Shown: piece after piece, positions 1 to 7,742 of the stretch
Numbering within the stretch: the stretch's first letter is position 1
Layout of the letters: each line of letters opens with the position of its first letter
Sequence record: PV340851.1
Reading direction: 5' to 3' (one strand)
DNA length: 64,000 bases
Notes under the pieces: generated by a model
Told to the model about the DNA's origin: nothing
What the model saw: only the letters and a program-made list of their open reading frames with translations
Database searches by the model: none
Position numbers and translations under genes: made by a program

Positions 1-222
1 ATGACCGCTGCGAGATTCTCGCAGGATGTGGAAAAACTGGTGTTAAATAATTCTGACATGAATTATATTGATGCAGTAGTTCACTACTGTGAAATGAATG
101 AGATTGAAATTGAATCATGTTCTAAACTGATTAGCAAACCACTTAAGGAAAAACTTAAGTTCGATGCACAGAAACTAAATTACATGAAGAAAACTAGTAG
201 AGCTAAATTAATGTTGGTATGA
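1..222 (+). CDS. gp33: Late-transcription coactivator gp33 (may be truncated at the window edge)
   Basis: Motif YIDAVVHYCEMNEIEIESCSKLISKPLKEKLKFDA is typical of T4-like gp33; synteny upstream of gp32. Confidence 0.85.
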   Translation: MTAARFSQDVEKLVLNNSDMNYIDAVVHYCEMNEIEIESCSKLISKPLKEKLKFDAQKLNYMKKTSRAKLMLV

Positions 223-557
223 GCGACTTCTTCAAATCAGAAATGGTCCGAGGTGACCTACAAGAAATGTCAGAATTGCAGCAGTTTTGCATGCGATCTA
301 TGATGTCATTCCCTGTACTATCCAAGGAGAAACAGATCCAATACTTTGATGTACTCAATAAATTAATTGAGAAGCAGAAAGTATTTTACATGCGCCTCAC
401 GCTATCGGATGATCCCGAAGCAAAAGACATGGTAAGATCTATGAAGGAGTCGGTCGTTCTCCTGGGCGGTGAACCCAGAGAGGATATTCTAGAGATGTTT
501 GACGAACTCATTGTCAAAGTCGAAAAGATGAGGCAGCAAGCTCAGCAACAGGGTTGA
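219..557 (+). CDS. Conserved cyanophage/cyanobacterial protein, DUF1825-like
   Basis: Helical 112-aa protein (FFKSEMV...KQKVFYMRLTLSDDPEA) in the usual position between gp33 and gp32; recognised from memory. Confidence 0.55.
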   Translation: MSDFFKSEMVRGDLQEMSELQQFCMRSMMSFPVLSKEKQIQYFDVLNKLIEKQKVFYMRLTLSDDPEAKDMVRSMKESVVLLGGEPREDILEMFDELIVKVEKMRQQAQQQG

Positions 558-564
558 TCAGCAA

Positions 565-607
565 ACTGGCACATGGGTTGACGCTCCTGCTGCCACCCTG
601 TTATAAT
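565..607 (+). promoter_or_regulatory. Sigma70-like promoter for gp32 with an upstream ACTGGCACA half-operator
   Basis: TTGACG at 578-583, 18-nt spacer, TATAAT at 602-607; ACTGGCACA at 565-573. Confidence 0.7.
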
Positions 608-695
608 AACTTCGTTGGCAGGACGGGACTGGGAGACTGGTTCGCACCGTAAGACCAACTAATAAACCATAACTAACAAATCCGAGGTAACTATC

Positions 696-1595
696 ATGTC
701 CTTTGCAGATCTTAAGCGCAAGTCCCAGGCTAACTTTGACTTCCTTCAGAAAGAACTTACTAAGTCTACTAAAGAAGGAGGTGCTGATGAGCGCCTGTGG
801 AAACCCGAACTGGATAACACTGGTAACGGTTACGCTGTGATCCGATTCCTTCCTGCTCCTGAGGGCGAGTCCCTTCCATGGGCGAAGGTCTACTCCCACG
901 CCTTCCAAGGTCCTGGTGGGTGGTTGATTGACAACTGCCTGACCACCAATGGTGACCAGTGTCCTGTGTGTGCTGCTAACAACAAACTGTGGCGCAGTGG
1001 TGTGGAGTCCGACAAAGACATTGCGCGTCAACGCAAGCGCAAACTGTCCTACTATTCCAACATCCTTGTGGTGAAGGATCCTAAGCACCCCGAGAATGAG
1101 GGTCAAGTATTCCTGTACAAGTACGGCAAGAAGATCCATGACAAGATCCTTGCTGCAATGCAACCTGAGTTCCAAGACGAGGAACCTATCAACGTCTTCG
1201 ACTTCTGGGAAGGTGCTAACTTCAAACTGAAGATCAAGACTGTTGCTGGTTTCTGGAACTACGATTCGTCTGAGTTCGATCGCCCTGCTGCTATCTCTGC
1301 AGACGACGAAGAGATGGAAGCAACTTGGAAGAGTCAGTATTCTTTGGAAGCATTCACTGCTGCTGATCAATTCAAGTCCTACGAAGAGATCGAGAACCGC
1401 CTGAACATGGTTCTTGGTAACGCTCCCGCTCGCACCGCTGCTCCTGTAGTGGAAGACGAAGAGTACGATCCTGCTCCTGTTGCAACGGGTGGTGGTATCG
1501 GTGGTCCTGGTGGGTTCAACGATGCAGACATCACTCCATCCTCTGGTGATGATGATGCTCTGTCCTACTTTGCTAAACTTGCTGCTGAAGATTGA
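696..1595 (+). CDS. gp32: Single-stranded DNA-binding protein gp32
   Basis: DERLWKPELDNTGNGYAVIRFLP, Zn-binding H/C residues (YSH...NCLTT...CPVC), LYKYGKKI, acidic C-terminal tail; RBS GAGG at about 684. Confidence 0.97.
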   Translation: MSFADLKRKSQANFDFLQKELTKSTKEGGADERLWKPELDNTGNGYAVIRFLPAPEGESLPWAKVYSHAFQGPGGWLIDNCLTTNGDQCPVCAANNKLWRSGVESDKDIARQRKRKLSYYSNILVVKDPKHPENEGQVFLYKYGKKIHDKILAAMQPEFQDEEPINVFDFWEGANFKLKIKTVAGFWNYDSSEFDRPAAISADDEEMEATWKSQYSLEAFTAADQFKSYEEIENRLNMVLGNAPARTAAPVVEDEEYDPAPVATGGGIGGPGGFNDADITPSSGDDDALSYFAKLAAED

Positions 1596-1708
1596 TGGAT
1601 GTAGTTCACGCATGGAACTCCATGTCCTACGGGGAGGGGTTCCTCTTCTCCCTCTGGGTCATTGGAATGTATTACGTTAAATTAAGAATGGATAAGTTCA
1701 TTCGCTAA
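1595..1708 (+). CDS. Small putative membrane peptide (37 aa, MDVVHAWNSMSYGEGFLFSLWVIGMYYVKLRMDKFIR), absent from the ORF track
   Basis: ATG overlaps the gp32 stop (TGATG); hydrophobic core; followed directly by a terminator. Confidence 0.6.
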   Translation: MDVVHAWNSMSYGEGFLFSLWVIGMYYVKLRMDKFIR

Positions 1709-1714
1709 TCATGT

Positions 1715-1739
1715 GGGTCTCCTAACCGAGACCCTTTTT
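1715..1739 (+). terminator. Rho-independent terminator
   Basis: GGGTCTC-CTAACC-GAGACCC followed by TTTTT. Confidence 0.85.
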
Positions 1740-1750
1740 ACTGGGTATTA

Positions 1751-1801
1751 GTTAAAATTTTAACTAAGGTTAACCCAAGATAACCTTAAGCATGTTAAAA
1801 T
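1751..1801 (+). promoter_or_regulatory. Putative Pho box array and -10 element for the beta-barrel/pstS operon
   Basis: TTTAACTA (1759), GTTAACCC (1769) and GATAACCT (1779) are direct repeats resembling the cyanobacterial PyTTAAPyPy(T/A) Pho box; TAAAAT at 1796-1801; no canonical -35. Confidence 0.55.
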
Positions 1802-1852
1802 ATACACAGATCAAAAGTCGTTGATCTATTTTTACAAAGGAATTCCAAACAA

Positions 1853-2221
1853 ATGAAAGCAATCGCTCTAGCCGCACTGGCAGTTTCGGCAACTGCACTG
1901 GCGACTCCTGCCCTTGCAGGACCCTACGTTGAGTCCAAGCACGAATTCAAAGGCACTGATGAAGACTACAGTAAAGCAGTCCATCAAGGTCGCGTTGGAT
2001 ATGAAACCAAACTTGGTCGCTTCTCTCCCTACATTGAGGCTGGTCTAGGTGTATCTGTCCCCGATGGTGGTGACAATGACACCTTCAAGGCACTTGAAAT
2101 TGGCACCAAAGTAAAGGTGACTGATAAGTTCTCTGCTTATGGTAAGTGGGAGAACATCTTCCAAGATAGCGATGACACCCGTGACTGGAAGGTTGAAGTC
2201 GGAACCAAGTACAAGTTCTGA
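1853..2221 (+). CDS. Exported outer-membrane beta-barrel-like protein (DUF680-like/porin-like)
   Basis: Signal peptide (MKAIALAALAV...ALA), alternating amphipathic beta-strands, C-terminal aromatic KYKF. Confidence 0.6.
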   Translation: MKAIALAALAVSATALATPALAGPYVESKHEFKGTDEDYSKAVHQGRVGYETKLGRFSPYIEAGLGVSVPDGGDNDTFKALEIGTKVKVTDKFSAYGKWENIFQDSDDTRDWKVEVGTKYKF

Positions 2222-2232
2222 GGTAGTATAGA

Positions 2233-3210
2233 ATGAAACTCAAAGCAATCGCTGCTGCTGTCATGGCAGCACCCCTAGTGGTGGCATGTGGTTCCACCGA
2301 CCAAGCAAACGAACCTTGGAGTCTTAATGGAGCAGGTGCTACCTTCCCTGCCCCCTATTACAACTCTGTTCTAGTTGAATTCAACAAAGCAACAGGTAAT
2401 AAGGTAAACTATCAAGCAGTTGGTAGTGGAGCTGGCGTCCGTCAGTTCAAAGCAAAGACCGTTGACTTTGGTGCCAGCGATGGTGCTGTGAGTGATGCTA
2501 AGCAACCTGCTGATGGTATGGTACACATCCCCATGACTGGTGGTGCTATTGTTCCTGCTTACAACAACCCTGGTTGTGATGCTAAGATGACACAGACTGA
2601 ACTGGCTGATGTCTTCCTTGGTAAGATCACTAACTGGTCTGCCTTTGGTTGTGCTGATAAAAAGATCACAACTGTTTATCGTTCTGATGGTAGCGGAACC
2701 ACCAAAGGTTTCACTAACTCCCTGTCAGCATTCTCTCCCGAGTGGAAGAAGACTGTAGGTACTGGCAAGTCTGTTATGTGGCCTGTTGGTATTGGTGGTA
2801 AAGGTAACAGCGGTGTTGCTGCTGGTATCAAACAACTTGACGGTGCTCTTGGTTACCTGAACTATGGTTATGTAACTGGTGGTCAGTTCCAACAGGTAGC
2901 ACTACAGAATAAAGCAGGTAATTATGTCACCGCTAATGCTCAGACTTCTGCTGCTGGTCTTGACAAGATCATTCTTGATGATCAGTTGCGTGGTGCTGAC
3001 GCTAACCCCGCAGGTGAAAATGCTTATCCTATCGTCTCCCTGACTTGGATCCTTGCTTATCCTGAGTATGAGAAGAATGGTGAGGTGAAGGAGATGCTTC
3101 GCTGGATGCTGACACCTGTTCAGCAACAGAAGGCAGACTCCCTTGGTTATGTTCCTCTTCCTGAGGCATTGAGACTCAAAGCACTCGCTGCTACTGAGTC
3201 ACTGAAATGA
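2233..3210 (+). CDS. pstS: Phosphate ABC transporter substrate-binding protein PstS
   Basis: Lipobox VVAC, GAGATFPAP, YQAVGSGAG, DFGASD, RSDGSGTT, YPIVSLTWILAY. Confidence 0.97.
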   Translation: MKLKAIAAAVMAAPLVVACGSTDQANEPWSLNGAGATFPAPYYNSVLVEFNKATGNKVNYQAVGSGAGVRQFKAKTVDFGASDGAVSDAKQPADGMVHIPMTGGAIVPAYNNPGCDAKMTQTELADVFLGKITNWSAFGCADKKITTVYRSDGSGTTKGFTNSLSAFSPEWKKTVGTGKSVMWPVGIGGKGNSGVAAGIKQLDGALGYLNYGYVTGGQFQQVALQNKAGNYVTANAQTSAAGLDKIILDDQLRGADANPAGENAYPIVSLTWILAYPEYEKNGEVKEMLRWMLTPVQQQKADSLGYVPLPEALRLKALAATESLK

Positions 3211-3231
3211 AATTGAATAATTGATTTCATC

Positions 3232-3262
3232 GGCGGAGAAAAATTTTCTCCGCCATTTTTTT
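3232..3262. terminator. Hairpin between convergent pstS and gp53; likely bidirectional terminator; part of the dispersed ~65-bp repeat
   Basis: GGCGGAGAAAA-A-TTTTCTCCGCC followed by ATTTTTTT. Confidence 0.7.
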
Positions 3263-3276
3263 GTCAAAAAAGTCGA

Positions 3277-3936
3277 TCAGACTCCAGTCTTCTTAACTCT
3301 AGATGAGATAGTATCTGTGGAGTCAGCATACTTATTTGCTTTTCTAAACTCATCCTTGAACTCATCAAGGTAGGCTCCTTTTAGGATAAAGATCTCACGA
3401 CTCTGTTCATTTAGTCTCTCCTCATACTCATACACAGTGACATCAGTCACGATAGTATTAGCAGAGATCTCTTGGACTGCACCATCACGGAAGAACTTGA
3501 TGGTCTTATCTTTAAACCTTTCTGTTACAACTACCCCAGGTTCCATGATCACTTTACCATGTAGTCTTTCTTGAATTTCTGCAGACACAATCTCATACTG
3601 TTTGATCTCTGCATATGGATCAACGTATGATGCTTCCAGTCTCTTGCGTAGGATGTATGGATCTTGTGGCCAGTCGAAGGTAGGATTGATTATATTATTT
3701 GTAATTAGAATAACCCAATCCATTTTTGGGTCACCATAGAATTGATTGGCAACCATCCATGGTTGCTCGAAGTCTGAGATCTGATACTTCTTAAAGTATA
3801 CAGCATTGGAATAATACTTGTCGCTTATCTTGAAGCGACGAAAGAAATTCTTTGCCAATACAAAATCAGATTCTGAGAAAGGATAACTGATTGGTTTAGT
3901 ATCGTACTGGATGTCTGGTAGTAGTTTGAAATACAT
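3277..3936 (-). CDS. gp53: Baseplate wedge protein gp53
   Basis: MYFKLLPDIQY...KNFFRRFK, LysM-like VANQFYGDPKMDWVILITNNIINP, YEYEERLNEQSREIFILK. Confidence 0.85.
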   Translation of the reverse strand: MYFKLLPDIQYDTKPISYPFSESDFVLAKNFFRRFKISDKYYSNAVYFKKYQISDFEQPWMVANQFYGDPKMDWVILITNNIINPTFDWPQDPYILRKRLEASYVDPYAEIKQYEIVSAEIQERLHGKVIMEPGVVVTERFKDKTIKFFRDGAVQEISANTIVTDVTVYEYEERLNEQSREIFILKGAYLDEFKDEFRKANKYADSTDTISSRVKKTGV

Positions 3937-4928
3937 TATAGAGATGCTCCTCCGTAACTAATCTCATTGCTGTAGACCAGTTTCGTTTCTGTGAACTGCA
4001 GTGTTAATGTAGTAGCGACAGGTGAACCGTCATCATATGTAGAATACTGTCCGTCAGGTGTATAACTGATGTTAACATTAGTTATAGCACAGGGTTTAAA
4101 TTGTGACAGGTATGGATGGTCTTGTGAACCTTTCATAAATCTGACTACACATAGACTTGGTATTCCAATGTAGTTTCTGTTGTGTGGTTTTTGTTTATCT
4201 TTATTGTCTTTGGCGTCGTCTTTGTTTTTGAAAGGATTGAAGTTAGCACCATCAGTAGCTAGTTGTGGTAGCGTTGCTCTCTTAAATGTGGTACAAATAT
4301 CACGAATTGCTTTCGCTTCTCTGGCATCTTTAGGTGTCATCTTAAAGTTCAAACCAAAGGTTCTTAGATCAAAACCAGAGAACAATAGTTCTGTGTTGGG
4401 GTTGAGGATAACACCACCGACACCACCAAGAACATCATTGATGCCAACAGAACCACCAACGCTGCCAGGGAGACTATTAATACCTGTAGCAATTGCATCA
4501 GCAATCAGTGCCTCACTGCGCTGGAACATGTTACCAACTGCTGCAGTAATGTTCTTACCTACCTGACCAACATCACCACCAGCAGTGAGCATAGAACCTG
4601 CACTACGGAGAGCATCGGCACCAGTATTAGTGAAACCTTTGCCGCCCCATGTTGCACCGTACTCCACACCTAGATCTTCTGGCATGTACATTGTAATGCG
4701 AGCAAGACCAGCAGATACTAGTTCATTGATACTTCTATTGTAATCTGCTGTGGCATTGCCACCCTGTGGTGCTCCTTCATTAGAGAAAGGTGGCTTGTAG
4801 TTTTTAAACTCAAAGGATACGTAGTCAGTATCCTTTTCATACACTGTGCCGTTAGGGTAACTGAGGACCATCGGTTTCGTGGCCCCCTTCTTACTTCCAT
4901 TAAAACTATATGTTGGTTTTTCTGCCAT
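3936..4928 (-). CDS. gp48: Baseplate tail-tube cap gp48
   Basis: LYMPEDL-like motif, NPNTELLFSGFDLRTFGLNFKMTPK, CAITNVNISYTPDG, TLTLQFTETKL. Confidence 0.85.
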   Translation of the reverse strand: MAEKPTYSFNGSKKGATKPMVLSYPNGTVYEKDTDYVSFEFKNYKPPFSNEGAPQGGNATADYNRSINELVSAGLARITMYMPEDLGVEYGATWGGKGFTNTGADALRSAGSMLTAGGDVGQVGKNITAAVGNMFQRSEALIADAIATGINSLPGSVGGSVGINDVLGGVGGVILNPNTELLFSGFDLRTFGLNFKMTPKDAREAKAIRDICTTFKRATLPQLATDGANFNPFKNKDDAKDNKDKQKPHNRNYIGIPSLCVVRFMKGSQDHPYLSQFKPCAITNVNISYTPDGQYSTYDDGSPVATTLTLQFTETKLVYSNEISYGGASL

Positions 4929-5590
4929 TACTGTGCCATTGTTACATCTGATCTCTTACCATAACCTTGGATCACTCTACGACCTTTGACTCTATCATAA
5001 TAAGATTCGTTGGTCTCTTCCCAGACAAGTTCTTTATCGTAGGGAAACGCAGTTGATCCTATGTTCTTGACAAAATCTTCAGTTGGTAGTAGTATAGCGG
5101 TATCCCATTCATCAGCAGCAATATCTAGTAGGAGACCATCAACATGATTCTGTAGGTATTTATGGAAACATGCCTTGGGAATGTCAATTCTGCCATTCAT
5201 TAGGGCAGAGACTGCTTTGATTCTTTTCTTTGGATTCATGTAGTGTAAGTTAGCACCAAAGAATTCATTGGGTGCTGCCTTTACAACGTAGACGAGAGGA
5301 AACTTATCATAGTATGGTAAGTGTCTCATCTTTGCAGTGTACTCAAACATGTAGAGATGTCCTTCCTTTGTATATCTACGAAGGATGTTATCGTCTTCGT
5401 TAGATTTCTTCTCATCTCTAGTAAACTTACTCATGTCTTTCTTGTACGTACCAGCAGCAGCTTTGACTGCTGATCTATACCATGATAGACTTTTCTTTTC
5501 TCCTCCTGTTGCTTGGTTTATCTTCTCAAACAGGGTGCCATTTGCTTTGGTCTTTGTGTTGCGCTGGATTGAACCAAATCCTTGTGCCAT
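4928..5590 (-). CDS. gp2: DNA end protector protein gp2
   Basis: GHLYMFEYTAK...LPYYDKFPLVY, FFGANLHY motifs; adjacent to gp4. Confidence 0.8.
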   Translation of the reverse strand: MAQGFGSIQRNTKTKANGTLFEKINQATGGEKKSLSWYRSAVKAAAGTYKKDMSKFTRDEKKSNEDDNILRRYTKEGHLYMFEYTAKMRHLPYYDKFPLVYVVKAAPNEFFGANLHYMNPKKRIKAVSALMNGRIDIPKACFHKYLQNHVDGLLLDIAADEWDTAILLPTEDFVKNIGSTAFPYDKELVWEETNESYYDRVKGRRVIQGYGKRSDVTMAQ

Positions 5591-5592
5591 TT

Positions 5593-6030
5593 CTAGACTC
5601 CTAAGTGCTCTTCGGTGAGGATTAAAAATTTCATCTGCCTGTCCTCACAGAAGTCCTCAGCTGCGGACCACTTAGCGCGGTTCTTAGCGTAGGTTAGGAC
5701 TTCCCTCTTCCAAGAGGCAGTCTTACGTTGTGGTTTATCATTCGGTGGTTGTGTTTGTTTCTTGGGTTTAACTTCGATCAGATATTTATTAGTAGGACCT
5801 GATCGAGACTTCACTTTGATGTAAAAGTCGGGGTAGTATCTGTGTACTCTGCCATCAGTAGGACACCTATAAGGAATGATTACTTCCTCACTGCCCCACT
5901 CTACTATGCTTTGATTATGGTCACAGAAAAACATAAACTTCCTTTCCCAGAGACTTCTATAAATGATGCGGGTAGGATTGCCCTTGTACTTCTCTGGGTG
6001 ACTTGGTTTATACACTCCTGAATATGCCAT
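5593..6030 (-). CDS. gp4: Head completion nuclease gp4
   Basis: YRSLWERKFMFFCD, WGSEEVIIPY, RYYPDFYIK, LIEVKPKKQT, NRAKWSAA. Confidence 0.95.
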   Translation of the reverse strand: MAYSGVYKPSHPEKYKGNPTRIIYRSLWERKFMFFCDHNQSIVEWGSEEVIIPYRCPTDGRVHRYYPDFYIKVKSRSGPTNKYLIEVKPKKQTQPPNDKPQRKTASWKREVLTYAKNRAKWSAAEDFCEDRQMKFLILTEEHLGV

Positions 6031-6062
6031 AAATATAATTATAAACCATCACTATTATTTAG
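6029..6062. promoter_or_regulatory. Overlapping divergent late promoters for gp4 and the gp54-like gene
   Basis: ATAAATA on + at 6029-6035 and CTAAATA on - at 6062-6056 match the T4-type late promoter core TAAATA. Confidence 0.65.
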
Positions 6063-6063
6063 A

Positions 6064-6843
6064 GTGGCATCATTAGGACATTTCATTAATATGATGAACG
6101 CCCATGGCGGTTTGTCATATAGTAATAATTATGATGTTGAGTGGGTATTCCCTACGGGCACCAAGCTGCACGATAGAATGCAGGAATTTGGTATGGTTTT
6201 GGCTGCTGGTAGCACCACTCAGGTCGGTGATCAAGAACCAGTTCTTGGATTGAATAACATCTCCGAGACAGATACCAATAGAAAAGGTATGGTCCTCAAA
6301 TACTTTTGTGATGAGGCACAACTTCCTAATGTATCTGCGGCAACTGGACAAATTACTGGTAGATATTTAGGAGAGGGTCAAGTTAGTTACCCACACACTA
6401 GGGTCTTCACAGACTTCCAACTTGGATGGGTGTGTGATGCTGACATGACACCACTTAAGTTCCTTAATCTATGGTATGGTTCTATCTTCCAGGAATATGA
6501 TACTGATTTCAACGAGATAGAAATTGAACAGAACAAAGGACTACCACTGTCTACGCAGAAGTCTAGAGCTACAGGTAACAATCAAATCCTGAGAGAAAGG
6601 TCAGTTCGTCTGGCATACCCTAAAGATTATCTTGGTAAGTGTATCATTACTAAGACAGAGAGAGGTGTGAATGCTCCTAACTCTAGAGCATCCATGACCT
6701 ATACACTACTAGATGTGTATCCATATTCAATTGATTCTGTACCACTATCATACGGTGCGTCTCAAGCAACCAAAGTGACGGCGAATTTTTATTATTCCAA
6801 GCACACCGTTACGTTTAACAGTCTTAGAAATTATAAAGGATAA
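6064..6843 (+). CDS. Tail-tube-fold protein (gp54 baseplate tube initiator / gp19-like)
   Basis: CDEAQLPNVSAATG, YPHTRVFTDFQLGW, YTLLDVYPYSIDSVPLSY, KVTANFYY are gp19/gp54 family signatures; GTG start. Confidence 0.7.
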   Translation: MASLGHFINMMNAHGGLSYSNNYDVEWVFPTGTKLHDRMQEFGMVLAAGSTTQVGDQEPVLGLNNISETDTNRKGMVLKYFCDEAQLPNVSAATGQITGRYLGEGQVSYPHTRVFTDFQLGWVCDADMTPLKFLNLWYGSIFQEYDTDFNEIEIEQNKGLPLSTQKSRATGNNQILRERSVRLAYPKDYLGKCIITKTERGVNAPNSRASMTYTLLDVYPYSIDSVPLSYGASQATKVTANFYYSKHTVTFNSLRNYKG

Positions 6844-6849
6844 AATATT

Positions 6850-7566
6850 ATGGCATTACCATCCGTTGTTACCCCCACCTATGAACTTGAATTGCCTTCC
6901 ACGAAAAAGAAAATCAAGTACCGTCCCTTTCTAGTCAGGGAGGAGAAGATCCTACTGCTTGCTACCCAGAGTGAGGATCCAGAAGAAGTAAAGAGAGCAG
7001 TGAAAGATATTGTTAGTGCTTGCGTCAAGTCACGTATCAAACTGACTGAGCTCACAACATTTGATCTAGAGTATCTGTTTCTAAAGATTAGATCAGTCTC
7101 TGTTGGGGAAGAGATCCCGATGAAAGTTACCTGTCTAGATGATAATGAGACACAAGTTGATGTGACCATTGATCTAAGTGAGGTAAATGTACAGTTCCCT
7201 GAAGGACATGATCCTAAGATCATGTTGACTGATAATGTAGGTATTATCATGAAGTATCCAGGACTGGAAGAGTTTGTTGACCTGACACTTATTGGTAAGG
7301 AAATAGAAGATCCAGACACAGTATTCAATACTGTTGCTGGTTGTATTGCACAGATCTTTGAGGGTGATGAGGTGTTTGATGAAAGCACTACTACACACAA
7401 GGAGAAGGTAGAGTTTATCGAACAACTCACACAGAAACAGTTTGAATCTATTCAGAAGTTCTTTGTGACGATGCCTGTTCTCAAGCATGAGTTTAAGGTA
7501 GTCAATCCAAAGACTGGGGTCGAATCTTCTTATACCCTTGAGGGTTTGCAATCTTTTTTCGGGTAA
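6850..7566 (+). CDS. gp26: Baseplate hub subunit/assembly chaperone gp26
   Basis: PTYELELPSTKKKIKYRPFLVREEKILL, FDLEYLFLKIRSVSVGE, C-terminal LEGLQSFF. Confidence 0.92.
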   Translation: MALPSVVTPTYELELPSTKKKIKYRPFLVREEKILLLATQSEDPEEVKRAVKDIVSACVKSRIKLTELTTFDLEYLFLKIRSVSVGEEIPMKVTCLDDNETQVDVTIDLSEVNVQFPEGHDPKIMLTDNVGIIMKYPGLEEFVDLTLIGKEIEDPDTVFNTVAGCIAQIFEGDEVFDESTTTHKEKVEFIEQLTQKQFESIQKFFVTMPVLKHEFKVVNPKTGVESSYTLEGLQSFFG

Positions 7567-7568
7567 GT

Positions 7569-7742
7569 TTGTTCTATAATAGTCTAGAAAATTATTATAG
7601 GACAAACTTTGCGTTGATGCAGCACCATAAATATAGCTTGACGGAAGTTGAAGACATGATGCCATGGGAGCGAACCGTCTATGTCTCCCTGCTTAATCAG
7701 TATCTAAAAGAACTAGAAGAAAAGCAAAAGCAGAATGCCTGA
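7569..7742 (+). CDS. gp51: Baseplate hub assembly protein gp51, absent from the ORF track; possibly expressed as a -1 frameshift extension of gp26
   Basis: Frame starting TTG 7569 (ATG at 7617) reads ...SLENYYRTNFALMQHHKYSLTEVEDMMPWERTVYVSLLNQYLKE, the conserved cyanophage gp51 signature; stop TGA at 7740-7742. Confidence 0.85.
   Translation: MFYNSLENYYRTNFALMQHHKYSLTEVEDMMPWERTVYVSLLNQYLKELEEKQKQNA

Noticed and set aside
558-1613. 351-aa minus-strand ORF, and the many other long antisense ORFs in the track (e.g. 8058-8321, 15647-16309, 53718-54350)
   Set aside because: They are mirror frames of well-supported genes with biased codon use, show no recognisable motifs, and lack promoters or RBSs.
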